Below, piece by piece: positions 36,740 to 49,775 of a stretch of 64,000 bases of DNA; position 1 is the stretch's first letter; every line of letters begins with the position of its first letter. The notes under the pieces are model-generated. The model saw only the letters and a list, made by a program, of their open reading frames with translations. It did no database searches and was not told the DNA's origin. Both the position numbers and the translations under genes were made by a program. Source of the stretch: Squalus acanthias (lineage: Eukaryota); assembly GCA_030390025.1 (NCBI GenBank), contig CM059431.1:101682001-101746000 (forward strand), in the 5' to 3' direction.

Positions 36740-39587
36740 GTGTTGTTGCCTTTTTCCCATTCTTCGGTTGTAAAAGCAATTATAAATATTTTGTGAGTGG
36801 TTAATTTTAATTGAAGCATCAGAACCGCACTTATTTTGCCACTGAAGAGGTGTCCTTGTATCTCATTTATTCCCTTTTCTAAGGTACTTTTTTTTAATAG
36901 AAAATAAATAATGGGGAATACTAGTTCACCGGAAAAAAAACATATACTGCCAAGTGACAGTGGAGTAGGTAACCCGTCGTATGTCGAGGAGGCTGATTTT
37001 TCATAAGGCATCACTAAAAGAGATGTTTTCTATGACTTATTTTGTCCAGCTAATATTTTTTTTTGAATCATAGAAATTTGCAGCACAGAAGGAGGCCATT
37101 CGGCCCTTTGTGTCTGTGCCGGCCGACAAAGAGCTATCCAGCCTAATCCCACTTTCCAGCTCTTGGTCCGTAGCCCTGTAGGTTACTGCACTTCAAGTGC
37201 ATATCCAAGTACTTTTTAAATGTGGTGAGGGTTTCTGCCTCTACCACCCTTTCAGGCAGTGAGTTCCAGACCCCCACCACCCTCTGGGTGAAAAAAGTTC
37301 TCTCAACTCCCCTCTAAACCTCCGACCAATTACTTTAAATCTCTGCCCCCCTGGTTGTTGACCTCTCTGCTAAGGGAACTAGGTCCTTCCTATCCACTCT
37401 ATCTAGACCCCCTCATAATTTTATACACCTCAATTAAATCTCCTACTTAATCTACTTTAAAAAAAATTATACAGTCTCACTTATTTAAAATTCCTATGGT
37501 GGCAGGTTAGAGATGTGAATTTGTACAGGCTAATGTCTCCTGAAGCCACAGTACAGTACTACATACTGGAAGCATTTTTTTTCTCATTAAGGGAAATATG
37601 TGTGACTGGTGTACACCATGAGACTGGTTCCCTCCCTATATCTCTGAAACCTCCTCCAGCCCTACAACCCTCCGAGATCTCTGCGCTCCTCCAATTCTGG
37701 CCTCTTGCGCGTCCCTGATTTTCATCGCTCCCCCAGTGGTGGCCGTGCCTTCAGCTACCTGGGCCCTAAGCTCTGGAATTCCCTCCCTAAACCTCTCCGC
37801 CTCTCCATCCCTCTCTCCTCCTTTAAGACGCTCCTTAAAACCTACCTCTTTCACCTGTCTTAATATCTCCTTATGTGGCTCAGTGTGAAATACAGTTTGA
37901 TAATCGCTCCTGTGAAGCACCTTGGGACGTTTTACTACATTAAATGCGCTATATAAATGCAAGTTGTTGATTTTGAAGAATAGTAATCTTTCACTGAGCG
38001 GTGGTAGGATGAGGAAACTTGCAGGAGTGAAGATGGACGTGAAGTGAGGGAGAGTGGCACTCAGCGATGCCTGAGGATAGGTGTGCTCTTTGAATTGATG
38101 CAAGCAAGCTGAGGCATGACGCAGCTGCGAGAGGCTGCCACTGAGAAAGTCGCTCAAAGACAGAAGTATCTTGTCACGAGTACTGGGGCACTTTGAGAGA
38201 CCGAGATTTTTTGCGCGCGCACAAGAACATTCAGGCAGTTTCCTCTCCTGTGGGAACTCGCAGGTACAGACCCAAAAGGCTGGGCCACCTGAGACCCCTT
38301 TACTCACGCACAATACAGTGAACACCACACCGGTCACGCGTGGTAGACGCAGGATGACTGGGTCCAGGTGTTTCTCACAACCCAGGTGGAGCTTTCATTA
38401 ACATTGCAGTTTGAGTGCATACTTTTGCTGTTTACCCATCCTTCCAAATTATGCGTAGAGTTCTGATTTCGAGTCCTTGATCAACCGACTGAGCAATCAG
38501 ACCTTAACACCTCACGTGGTCCGAAGGAATTTGCGCATTCTGCTGATCGCGATCCAGCCTACCCAACAGCTCCTTTAAACGATATAGAGCCATGTCTTCA
38601 GCAGCGCACTATATGATTATAATCCAGTTGTGATCTTCCATTGTACCAATGACAAAATAAGGTTCAGCATGGTATTGGATAACGGGAATTTTGGAACCTT
38701 AATGCACTTAAACCATCGAGACTACAGCTTGCGAAAGCAGAATTGTTTTGATGTTGTATTCATTTAATAACATCGAACCTTTCCTAAACTTGGAGGAGCA
38801 TATCCCTCAGTCCTGTTTCAGCTAATGCTTTAGATGTCGATCTTTAATGGATAGAACAGGCTGGACGCCAAAGCTAACTGCAGTAGTGGAAGAAAACTCA
38901 CTTCTACTCACAAATGTGGAAAACACACAACAGTTAATAAATGTAAAATAACCACAGAAAATGCTGGAAACACTCAGCAGGCCAGGCAGCATCCGTGGAG
39001 AGAGAAACAGAGTTAACGTTTCAGGTCTGTGACCCTTCGTCAGAACTGGAAAAAGTTAGAGATGTAACAGGTTTTAAGCAGGTGCAGAGGCAGGGAAAGC
39101 GCTTTTAATGTAGTAAAACATCCCAAGGCGCTTCACAGGAATGTAATCAGACAAAATTTGACACCGAGCCACATAAGGAGATATTAGGGCAGGTGACCAA
39201 AAGCTTGGTCAAAGAGAGAGGTTTTAAGGAGGAGAGAGAGTCGGAGAGGTTTAGGGAGGGAATTCCAGAGCTTAGGGCCCAGGCAGCTGAAGGCACGGCC
39301 AATGGTGGAGTGATGGAAATCGGAGATGTGCATGGGGCCAGAATCGGAGGAGCGCAGAGATCTCGGAGGGTTGTGGGGCTGGAGGAGGTTACAGAGATAG
39401 GGAGGAATTTGAAACATTAGCGCAGGTTTTACACCTGAAGTGACGACCGACCTTTCTCTTTCAGACGCTGACCGACCCTGTACAATTCTGGCATTTTCTG
39501 CTTTTATTTTAGATTCATGGTATTAAGTTTCTTTTTATTTCCTTCTTCCACAAGGACACACAACTTTATAGTCTGTTTCCTTTACAG

Positions 39588-39659
39588 AGCACGAGAGAAA
39601 TAGAAACTAAAAAGAACGAAGGCAGGTTGAAGCTTTTTGTTTTGGATGCAGATACACAG
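39588..39659 (+). CDS. DOCK9: DOCK9 exon, STREIETKKNEGRLKLFVLDADTQ
   Basis: tttacag/gtgagg; 72 nt, phase 0. Confidence 0.9.
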
Positions 39660-40319
39660 GTGAGGTTTGATTTTATTTGGTTGTTTTGTTAAAAAAATAA
39701 AGTTTTAAATAAGCGGGACCTGAAATTCCACCATTGTTTCGGGACTAAGGTGGTGTGGTTCCAGCCAAGGGGATAGGAATTTGAAGTCAGATACACCAGA
39801 GTTACACCTGTTCTAAAAAATATATGCTAAATTTGGGTGGAACGTGAGCTTTATAGCCCGCTGCTGCAGCGAGTCTCCTCCAATTATTCCCCCTGCCTCC
39901 CCTCACCCCCATCTCAAATCAGGATGCATTTGGGCCATAAGACCCCACCTCGTGGCACTTTGTCCGCTCCCCCCCGCCCCCTCTCCTCCTCAGTATATCT
40001 GCTGAGGCATTACAGGCAGGATTTACACAGCCTACCCTACCATAGGGGTACGGTGGTGTAGTGGTGATGTTACTGGACTAGCAATCCATGAGCCTTAGAC
40101 TAATTAAACCAGAGAACGTGAGTTCAACTCCCACCATGGCTCTTTGAGAATTTGAGTTTTTAAGATAAAAATCTGGAAATAAAAAGCTGGTTTCAGCAAA
40201 AGTGACCATGAAGCTGTCGGATTGTCGTAAAAACCCAACTGGAAACCTGCCTTCCTTACCCGGTCTTGGCCTATATGTAACTCCGGTCCCACACCAAGGT
40301 GGTTGACTCTTAACTGCCC

Positions 40320-40693
40320 ACTATCCAGATGGACAGAATGGTGGGACGCGCGCAACATTAAGAAGCAACACCTCATCGCTGACCCAACGGCAAAGATCCC
40401 TGTCTTCGACCTCCCTCGAAGACAGTGGACGGCGCTCAACCCAATCCGCACAGGGCACGGACGATGTGTCCGCCTGCTCCACGAGTGGAAGATGAGAGAC
40501 GACCCGATGTGCAACTGTGGCCCTGAGTCCCAGACCGTGGAACACATCACATCAACCTGCCCACTGAGATCTGTTGCGGGAGGCACCTCATTTCTCCACT
40601 CGGCATCTCAGGAGGCCGTCGAATGGATCGCCAAACTAGAGCCCCCCTCCCCCATTATAAGCTTTTCCTGACATTCGAAAGTTGTAGTTGTAG
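40320..40693 (+). mobile_element. Vingi/Ingi-like (I-group) LINE 3' fragment inserted in a SINE
   Basis: FDLPRRQWTALNPIRTGHGRC..LLHEW....PMCNCG..SQTVEHITSTCP (CCHC knuckle); gttgta tail; 9-bp TSD taactgccc/taattgccc at 40311-40319 and 40694-40702. Confidence 0.7.
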
Positions 40694-41318
40694 TAATTGC
40701 CCTCTGAAGAGGCCCAGCAATCCCCTCAGCTCTATCAAAATCACTACCAGTGGTTGAAGAAGGCAGCTCAGCACCAACTTCTCAGGGCAACTAGGGGGAT
40801 GGGCAATAAATGCTGGCCCTGCCGGCGATGCCCACATCCTGAGAATGAACGAATAAAAAAACCTCTCGTTATTTAAATTATCTGAATCCACAACGTAACT
40901 GGGCCGGCGTGACGACAAAGCAATCAGAGGTCCTGCCTCGCACGACTTCCCGTGCCGCAGTGGACCTGTTGTAATTTTGAGGCGGCCGAATTTAACTGAT
41001 TTAACACAGATTGTGTGAAAACACAGAGCTACAGTAAAATTGATTGAAACTGAAAAATACTGCAGTTCATTGAATGGTACAGCCCAGAAGGAGGCCATTC
41101 GGCCCATCGTGCCTGTGCTGGCTCTTTGAAAGAGCAATCCAATTAATCCCACTCACCCCTGCTCTTTCCCAGAGCCCTGCAAATTTCTCCCCTCCAAGTA
41201 TTTATCCAATTCCCCCTTTTGAAAGTTACTATTGAACCTGCTTCCACCACCATTTCAGGTAGCGCATTCCAGATCGTAACAGTTGTTTGAATAATTTATT
41301 TTTTTTGTTTAATTTAAG

Positions 41319-41459
41319 AAACTTGACTTCTCTAGTATTGAACCAGATGTGAAGCCATTTGAGGAGAAGTTTGGAAAACGGTTTCTGGTGAAGTGTAACG
41401 ATTTGTCATTCAACCTGCAAAGCTGTGTGGCTGAAAATGAAGAGGGGCCCACAACAAAT
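41319..41459 (+). CDS. DOCK9: DOCK9 exon, KLDFSSIEPDVKPFEEKFGKRFLVKCNDLSFNLQSCVAENEEGPTTN
   Basis: atttaag/gtaagt; 141 nt, phase 0. Confidence 0.95.
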
Positions 41460-42038
41460 GTAAGTTTAATGGTCTCCAGATTACAAAGAGGATATAGAGG
41501 CACTGGAGAAGGTGCTAAACAGAGTCACAAGGATTGATACCAGAACTGAGAGGGTACAACCATCAGCAAGGACTGAACAGGCTGGGGCTCTTTTCTCTGA
41601 GGGGCGACCTGATCGAGGTCTTTAAAATGATGAAGGGGTTCGATAGGGTAGATGTAGAGAAGATGTTTCCACTTGTGGGGGAATCTAAAACTAGGGGCCA
41701 TCAATATAAGATAGTCACTAATAAATCCAATCGGGAATTCAGGAGAAACTTCTTTACCCAGAGAGTGGTGAGAATGTGGAACTCGCTACCACAGGGAGTG
41801 GTTGAGGCGAATAGCGTCGATGCATTTAAGGGGAAGCCAGATAAGCACATGAGGGAGAAAGAAATCTAAGGATATGGTGATAGGGTGAGATGAAGAGGGG
41901 CAGGAGGAGGCTCGTGTGGAGCATAAACACCGGCACGGACCAGTTGGGCCGAATGACCTGTTTCTCTGCTGTGCATTCTGTGTAATATTGTAATACAGAT
42001 TATTCTCTTTCTTTTAAAAAAAAATATATATATTTTAG

Positions 42039-42245
42039 GTGGAGCCTTTCTTTGTCACTCTGGCACTATTTGACATCAAAAATAGTCGAAAGATCTCGGC
42101 TGACTTCCACGTGGATCTAAATCACCCGACTGTTCGACACATGATCTCCAGCTCGGCCTCCATCATGAACGGCGGCGAGAGTCTAACCACTTCTCAGAAG
42201 TACATCAACGGCATTCCGGAGGGCATGCTGCAGTATCCCAAACAG
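42039..42245 (+). CDS. DOCK9: DOCK9 exon, VEPFFVTLALFDIKNSRKISADFHVDLNH...MLQYPKQ
   Basis: ttttag/gtgggg; 207 nt, phase 0. Confidence 0.95.
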
Positions 42246-43795
42246 GTGGGGGGGAAGGAAGCTCGTTGCGATGAGATATTCCATCTCTGGCCTGAAACGA
42301 TGTCGAGGCTTAATTAGCTCTTTCCTTCAAAGTAAAGCTGTTTAATTGGTGTGCCCTGATCGAATTAATCAAAGTAGAAGTGAGCCATTGACTGGCAAGT
42401 TCTAGCACTGAGCGCAATCCAATTGAGGCAAAGGCAATAATCTTACCTCCAATATCAACACTTGCCTTCCACTACACTGGGACCCACAGTACAGGACATA
42501 GTATGTTGCATTTCTTTTCATGATAAGGGTTCCAGTCTTAGATATAAGAACACAAAAATTAGGAGCAGGAGTCGGCCATACGGCCCCTCGAGCCTGCTCC
42601 ACCATTCAATAAGATCATGGCCGATCATCGACCTCAACTCCACTTTCCCGCCCGATCTCCATATCCCTCGGTTCCCCTAGAGTCCAAAAATCAATCGATC
42701 TCAGCCTCGAATATTTTGCTGTCAGACTTTTATTTTTAGAATTTGAAGGGCAGCACTGCAAAATTTTGAAAACATCGCTGAAACCCGTATGCAGCGCTTG
42801 CTAATCCTCTGTGGAATACTTTGGATGACTCGATAACTTGCAGTCGGGTTTAAAAAAAAAGGTCTTGAGCCGATGCGCTTTGCAAAACTGAGAGTGATCG
42901 ATTTTTGTTGGGTTAAAGGTTATTGAGGGTTACGGAGCCAAGGCAGGTAGGTGGAGTTCAGATACAGATCAGCGATCCAATCGAACGGCAGAATAGGCTC
43001 AAGGGGCCTCCTGTACCTATGAAATGCTCATCTCTTACCACAGCTTTATTGAATAGACCAGTTGGGACAAATGGCCTGTTTCTGTGCTGTAAATTCTACA
43101 AGGTTTGGTTGATTTATATAAAACATCAATCAACAAATTAGAGGTGTAGAAATAGTACATTTTGTGCAAAAAGTTGTTTCGTTCAAATCTTTTTTTTTAA
43201 ATATATTAGTTCGAGCCAACATTGCTGTTCTGGCAGAATGTAATCATTAGCCTGTGAAAGATGTGTATTAGTGACTTTATGTGGTAAATCTGGTATCAGA
43301 AGAGATTATTTGAAGGAATGTTCACAGTTTGAATTTTGTTAGTGTCTCACCTCTGAGTCAGAAGGTTGTGGGTTCAAGTCCCGCTCCAGAGACTTGAGCA
43401 TAAAAATTCTAGGCTGACACTCCAGTGCAGTACTGAGGGAGCGCTGCACAGTCAGAGGTGCCGTCTTTCGGATGAGACGTTAAACCAAGGCCCCGTCTGC
43501 CCTCTCAGGTGGATGGAAAAGATCCCACGGCTCTATTTCGAAGGAGAATAGGGGAGTTCTCTCCGGTGTCCTGGGGCCAATATTTATCCCTCAACCAACA
43601 TCACTAAAACAGACTATCCGGTCATTATCACATTGCTGTTTGTGGGAGCTTGCTGTGCGCAAATTGGCTGCTGTGTTTCCCACATTACAACAGTGACTAC
43701 ACTCCAAAAAGTACTTCATTGGCTGTAAAGCGCTTTGGGACGTCCGGTGGTCGTGAAAGGCGCCATATAAATGCAAGTCTGTCTTTTCTTTTTAG

Positions 43796-43918
43796 GGGAT
43801 TTTCTCTGTCACGTGCCCTCATCAAGATATATTTCTCGTAGCTCGAGTGGAGAAGGTTCTGCAAGGAGGCATCACTCAGTGTGCTGAACCGTACATGAAA
43901 AGCTCAGATTCAGCCAAG
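43796..43918 (+). CDS. DOCK9: DOCK9 exon, [41 protein letters not shown]
   Basis: tttttag/gtatga; 123 nt, phase 0. Confidence 0.95.
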
Positions 43919-45575
43919 GTATGACGCTCAACAAATGACCAACTGCTTCCCACCTCTTCTTTGCTTCACATCCTTTGTTGTGATGTCAATAGATTGGTTA
44001 CTGACTATGTCACATTAGCAGGGTTGAGTATGAAGATTTGGGCATCCTGTGACACTTGGACTGCCTTAAAATAATGGTGAATATTGCGTCCTTTCCCTTC
44101 CTACACCCTGCCAACTCGCTCTCTCTTCACCATTTCCACCCTTTTCCTGATGGCAGTAGTTTGCACTTCCACTGCTGCCAGCAGTCATCTGGTTCCTCAG
44201 CTCGGTAACCATTCTTCATGCGCGAATCCCAGATGGGACGTCAGCCAATTCTGTGTCGCCTGATATCTACTACACACAATGGGTATCAGCAAGCATTGAG
44301 AGGTCCCATCGCACAGTGCCCCCGCCACCAAGCCCAGTGATAATGAGATCACAGTGACCCCACAATCAACTACTCAACACAGCCAAGGACTCGAACCTTT
44401 TCTGGCCCCGTGGCTGAGCACCGAAACCACAGGATGGATTTATCCATCGAGTCATCGGAGGAGCTGTGAAATTTCAAATTCTCGTCCTTGTTTTCGACTC
44501 CTTCCGCGGCCTCGCCCCTCCCTATCTCTGTAACCTCCTCCAGCCCCACAACCCTCCGAGATCTCTGCGCTCCTCCAATTCTGGCCTCTTGCGCGTCCCC
44601 CCGATTTCCATCACTCCACCATTGGCGGCCGTCTCGGCCTCGCTCTCTTTGAATTTCCCCGCAGACACCTCCACCTCTCTGCTTCTTTAAGGCGCTCCTT
44701 AAAACCTAACCTCACTTGTCCCGATATCTCCTCCTGTGTCTCGGTGGCAAATTTTGTCCGATAATCGCTCCTGTGAAGCGCCTTGAGAAGTTTTACAACG
44801 CGAGAGGTGCTGTATAAATGCAAGTTGTTAATGTATTGATCCGCTAACTTCAAACAGCTCTGCTGGCAACAAGAACATAAAAACATAAGAATCAGGAGCA
44901 GGAGTCGGTCCATTCGGCCCCTCGAGCCTGCTCCGCCATTCAATAAGATCATGGCTGATCTGATCTTGGCCTGAACTCCACTTCCCTGCCCGCTCCCCAT
45001 AACCCTTCACTCCCTTATCGTTCAAAACTCCGTCTATCTCCACCTTGAATATATTCAATGACTCAGCCTTCACAGCTCTCTGGGGAAGAGAATTCCAAAG
45101 ATTCACGACCCTCTGAGAGAAGAAATTCCTCCTCATTTCCGATTTAAATGGGTGACCCCTTATTCTGAAACTATGCCCCCTAGTTCTAGATTCCCCCACG
45201 AGGGGAAACATCCTCTCTGCATCTATCCTGTCAAAGCCCCCTCAGAATCTTATATGTTTCAATAGGATCCCCTCTCATTCTTCTAAACTCCAATGAGTAT
45301 AGGCCCAACCTGCTCAACCTTTCTTCATAAGACAACCCCTTCATCTCCGGAATCAACCTTGTGAACCTTCTCTGAACTGCCTCCGATGCAAGTATATCCC
45401 TCCTTAAATAAGGAGACCAAAACTGTACGCAGTACTCCAGGTGTGGAGGCTATACTATTTTAAGCGCAGATTGCATTAAAAGAAATTTCTATATGGTTAC
45501 TGGTATTAAATGGATTTTATTCTGCAAGTACCAAAGAGCCGATATGAGGAGTTGATCAATTGATGCCTATTGCAG

Positions 45576-45658
45576 GTTGCACAGAAAGTATTGAAAAACG
45601 CCAAGCAAACCTGTGCGAGACTTGGACAGTACAGAATGCCTTTTGCCTGGGCTGCAAG
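45576..45658 (+). CDS. DOCK9: DOCK9 exon, [27 protein letters not shown](R)
   Basis: ttgcag/gtaaga; 83 nt, phase 0 to 2. Confidence 0.95.
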
Positions 45659-45956
45659 GTAAGAGAGGACCAAACCATTGGACTAAAACGTTAAATAAAA
45701 AAGCTAGTAGAAAACCCTGCATTATACATTCGCTTATTAATTCTGTGGCTCGAGTGGAGTGTAACCGCCGGCATGGACTGGTTGGGCCGAATGGCCTGTT
45801 TCTGTGCCGTATATCCTTGTGTAATCCTATGTAAATAACATGGATGTTCGAAATATTGGATATGAAGCTGTAAGCTGCAACTCTATAAACCTAGAAAGAT
45901 CTCGAGTCCTAAGTCATCAGGCTGAAGTTTTGAACAACGTCTGAAGCTCCTGAATT

Positions 45957-47841
45957 CATAGAGTTATACAGCACAGAAAGAGGCCCTTCGGCCCATCGTG
46001 TCCACGCCGGCCATCAAGCCCTGTCTATTCTAATCCCATTTTCCAGCACTTGGTCCGTAGCCTTGTATGCTATGGCGTTTCAAGTGCTCATCTCAATGCT
46101 TCTTGAATGTTGTGAGGGTTCCTGACTCTACCACCCTTTCAGGCAGTGAGTTCCAGATTCCAACCACCCTCTGGGTGAAAAAGTTTTTCCTCAAATCCGC
46201 TCTTACCCTCCTGCCCCTTACCTTGAAACTATGCCCCCTGGTTATTGACCCCTCTACTAAGGGGAAAGGTTCCTTTCTATCTACCCTATCTATGCCCCTC
46301 ATAATTTTGTACACCTCAATCAGGTCCCCCCTCAGCCTTCTCTGCTCTAAGGAAAACAACCCCAGCCTGTCCAGTCTCTCTTCATAGCTGAAGCGCTGCA
46401 GCCCAGGTAACATCCTGGTGAATCTCCTCTGCACCCTCTCCAATGCAATCACATCCTTCTTATAGTGTGGCGACCAGGACTGCACACAGTATTCCAGCTG
46501 TGGCCTAACTAGCGTTTTGTACAGCTCCATCATAACCTCCCTGCTCTTATATTCTATGCCTCGGCTAATGAAGGCAAGTATCCCATCTGCCTTTTTAACC
46601 ACCTTATCTACCTGTCCTGCTGCCTTCAGGGATCGATGTACATGCACACCAAGGTCCCTCTGATCCTCTGTCCTTCCTAGGGTCCTACCATTCATTGTGT
46701 ATTCCCTTGCCTTGTTAGTCCTCCCAAAATGCATCACCTCACACTTTTCAGGGTTAAATTCCATTTGCTACTGTTCTGCCCATCTGACCAACCCGTCTAT
46801 ATCGTCCTGTAGCCTGAGGCTTCCCTCCTCGCTATTTACCACCCCACCAATTTTCGTGTCGTCTGCGAACTTACTGATCATACCTCCTACATTCATATCT
46901 AAATCATTAATGTACACTACAAATCATTAATGTACACTACAAACAGCAAAGGACCCAGCACCGATTCCTGCGGTACACCACTGGACACAGGCTTCCAGTC
47001 ACAAAAACAACCTTCGACCATCACCCTCTGCCTCCTGCAACTAAGCCAATTTTGGATCCAATGTGCCAAGTTGCCCTGGATCCCATGGGCTCTTACCTTC
47101 TTGACCAGTCTCCCATGCGGGACTTTGTCAAAAGCCTTACTGAAGTCCATGTAGACCACATCAACTGCACTACCCTCATCCACACACCTAGTCACCCCCT
47201 CGAAAAATTCAATCAAATTGGTCAGACATGATCTCCCCCTGACAAAGCCATGCTGACTATCCTTGATTAATCCATGCCTTGCCAAGTGGAGACTAATTCT
47301 GTCCCTCAGAATTTTTTCCAATAATTTCCCTACCACTGATGTTAGGCTCACTGGCCTGTAATTCCCTGGTTTATCCCTACTACCCTTCTTGAATAATGGT
47401 ACTACGTTAGCTGTTCTCCAGTCCTCTGGCACCTCCCCTGTGGCCAGAGAGGTTCTGAAAATTTGTGTCAGAGCCCCTGCAATCTCCTCCCTTGCCTCAC
47501 ACAGCAGCCTGGGATACATCTCGTCTGGGCCTGGGGATTTATCCACTTTTAAGCCCGCTAAAACCGCTAGTACCGCCTCCCTCTCAATACTAATTTGTTC
47601 AAGTATATCACAATCCCCCTGCCTGATTTCTGTGTCTACATCGTCCTTCTCCATAGTGAACACAGATGCAAAATATTCATTTAAAACCCCACCTACATCT
47701 TCTGGCTCTACACACAGATTGCCACTTTGGTCCCTAATGGGCCCTACTCTTTCCCTGGTTATCCTCTTGCCCTTAATATACTTATAAAACACCTTGGGAT
47801 TTTCCTTTATTTTGCCCGCCAGTGTTATTTCATGCCCCCCC
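45957..47841 (-). mobile_element. 5'-truncated CR1, same subfamily as copy B, inverted
   Basis: RT ORFs 46917-47792 and 46093-46764 are nearly identical to 33353-34517; frame broken by a 20-bp tandem duplication aaatcattaatgtacactac at 46901-46940. Confidence 0.9.
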
Positions 47842-48607
47842 TATGGGTGGATTATGAAAGTTTAAATCACCTCTTGCTGTTGACTCTATTGTAATAACTT
47901 ATACTGGACATTTTGAAATTAAAGTTTCAACTAATGTGCTGCTCATCAATATAAGATAGTCACTAATAAATCCAATAGGGAATTCAGGAGAAACTTCTTT
48001 ACCCAGAGAGTAGTGAGAATGTGGAACTTGCTACCACAGGGAGTGGTTGAGGCGAATAGCAGAGATACATTTAAGGGGAAGCTAGATAAACACATGAGGG
48101 AGAAAGGAATAGAAGGATATGCTGATGGGGTGAGATGAAGAGGGGTGGGAGGAGGCTCGTGTGGAGCATAAACACCGGCACGGACCAGTTGGGCCGAATG
48201 GCCTGTTTCTGGGCTGTAGATTCGATGAAATTCTCCTCCCCATTCCCTTCATAGCCCATTCTGAGTTCAGTAACGAAGCGAATTAAACTTAAGTACCTGC
48301 TACAAATTTGTGGAGGAATAATTTACGTTTGATCATAGGACTGTTGTACGCTTGTATATGTCGTGGAAACGTGGAACAGAATTGCTGTGGTTAACACTCA
48401 AAAGTAGGGATTTACTTGGAAAATGCGGCTTCATCCAAAAAAGAAATAGTATTGCTTATATTTCTGTCATTTATTTGGCCGTAACCTTTACAAGGTTTTG
48501 AGTATAGACGTTTTGTTTCTTTATTAACGAGTGTTTTATTTTGCCCAGTGTGTTTTTTCGGGTTGCTGTTTTGATCACAGTTTAAATCTCTGCTTTCCCT
48601 TCATCAG

Positions 48608-48730
48608 ACCCGTCTTCCGAGACACTCAAGGAACTCTTGACAAAAGTGCTCGGTTCTCTGCACTTTATAGACAAGATAGCAACAAGCTCTCCAACGAAGA
48701 CTTGTTAAAATTGTTGTTGGACTTCAGGAA
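48608..48730 (+). CDS. DOCK9: DOCK9 exon, [40 protein letters not shown](K)
   Basis: catcag/gtgagt; 123 nt, phase 2 to 2. Confidence 0.95.
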
Positions 48731-49042
48731 GTGAGTTTGCTTTTTTTTTATCTTGTACATTTCTTCAAGCTATAGTTGTAAATCTGGTGGGAAAGTTGAA
48801 GAGTTTCTGAAATCCTTTGGACACAAGTACACTGTGCTCACTTCGTACTTTAATATCATTGCAGAGTTTTTATACACAGTACAGTCAATTCTTTGTAATG
48901 CTTTGAAATATCACTTGCTGTTTTGTAGCTCTTGTGGTGTACATTGAAGTAATTATGATATCGGTTTCTCATCTGCCGCCTTGTATAGTCCACCTAAAGC
49001 TTCGTTAACCTTGTCTTTCAATATTGTTTTCTGGTTAATTAG

Positions 49043-49122
49043 ACAAGAAAAGATGTCTAAACTTCCAGTTATTTTGGGCAACCTGGATATCAACATCGAC
49101 AATGTGGCTTCAGATTTTATGA
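49043..49122 (+). CDS. DOCK9: DOCK9 exon, QEKMSKLPVILGNLDINIDNVASDFM
   Basis: aattag/gtaagt; 80 nt, phase 2 to 1. Confidence 0.93.
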
Positions 49123-49587
49123 GTAAGTTTACTTCAAAATTCTCATCCTTGTGTTCAAGTCCCATCACGGCCTCGGCCCCTCCCCATCTCTGTAACCTCC
49201 GACAACCCTCCCGGATCTCGGCGCTCCTCCAATTCCGGGCTCTTGTGCCTTGCCGAAGTTCCTTCGCCCCACCATCGGCGGTCGTGCCTTTAGCTGCCGG
49301 GGCCCTAAGCGTTGGAATTCGATCCCTAAACCCCTCTCCGCCTCTCTCTCCTCCTCTAAGACGCTCCTTAAAACCTACCTCTTTGACCAAGCTTTTGGTC
49401 GTCTGTCCTGATATCTGCTTATGTGGCTCGGTGTCAAAATTTGTTTTGATAATCGCTCCTCTGAAGCGCCTTGGGACGTTTTACCCTGTTGAAGGCGCTG
49501 TATAAATGCATGTTATTGTTATGACTAGGATTATTTGTTCATACATTTGTGAATCTAATGTGTGCTATATTTGTGTGTGTTTTGTAG

Positions 49588-49775
49588 CTTGTGTGAGCTC
49601 CTCGTATATCCCAGTGAAACGTTTTGAAAATGGTACCAAGGTCACAGTTACTCATGAAGTGGAGGAATTTTTTCCTTGTATAGCAAAACTTTCTCAGCCT
49701 TTCACCACCTATAACAATCATTTCTATGTTTACCCAAAACATCTGAAGTATGACAGTCAAAAATCATTTGCAAAA
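49588..49775 (+). CDS. DOCK9: DOCK9 exon, start of DHR-1/C2, CVSSSYIPVK...YNNHFYVYPKHLKYDSQKSFAK
   Basis: ttgtag/gtgagt; 188 nt, phase 1 to 0. Confidence 0.95.

Noticed and set aside
38172..38460. Possible LTR starting tgtcacgag
   Set aside because: No matching 3' end, TSD or second copy identified.
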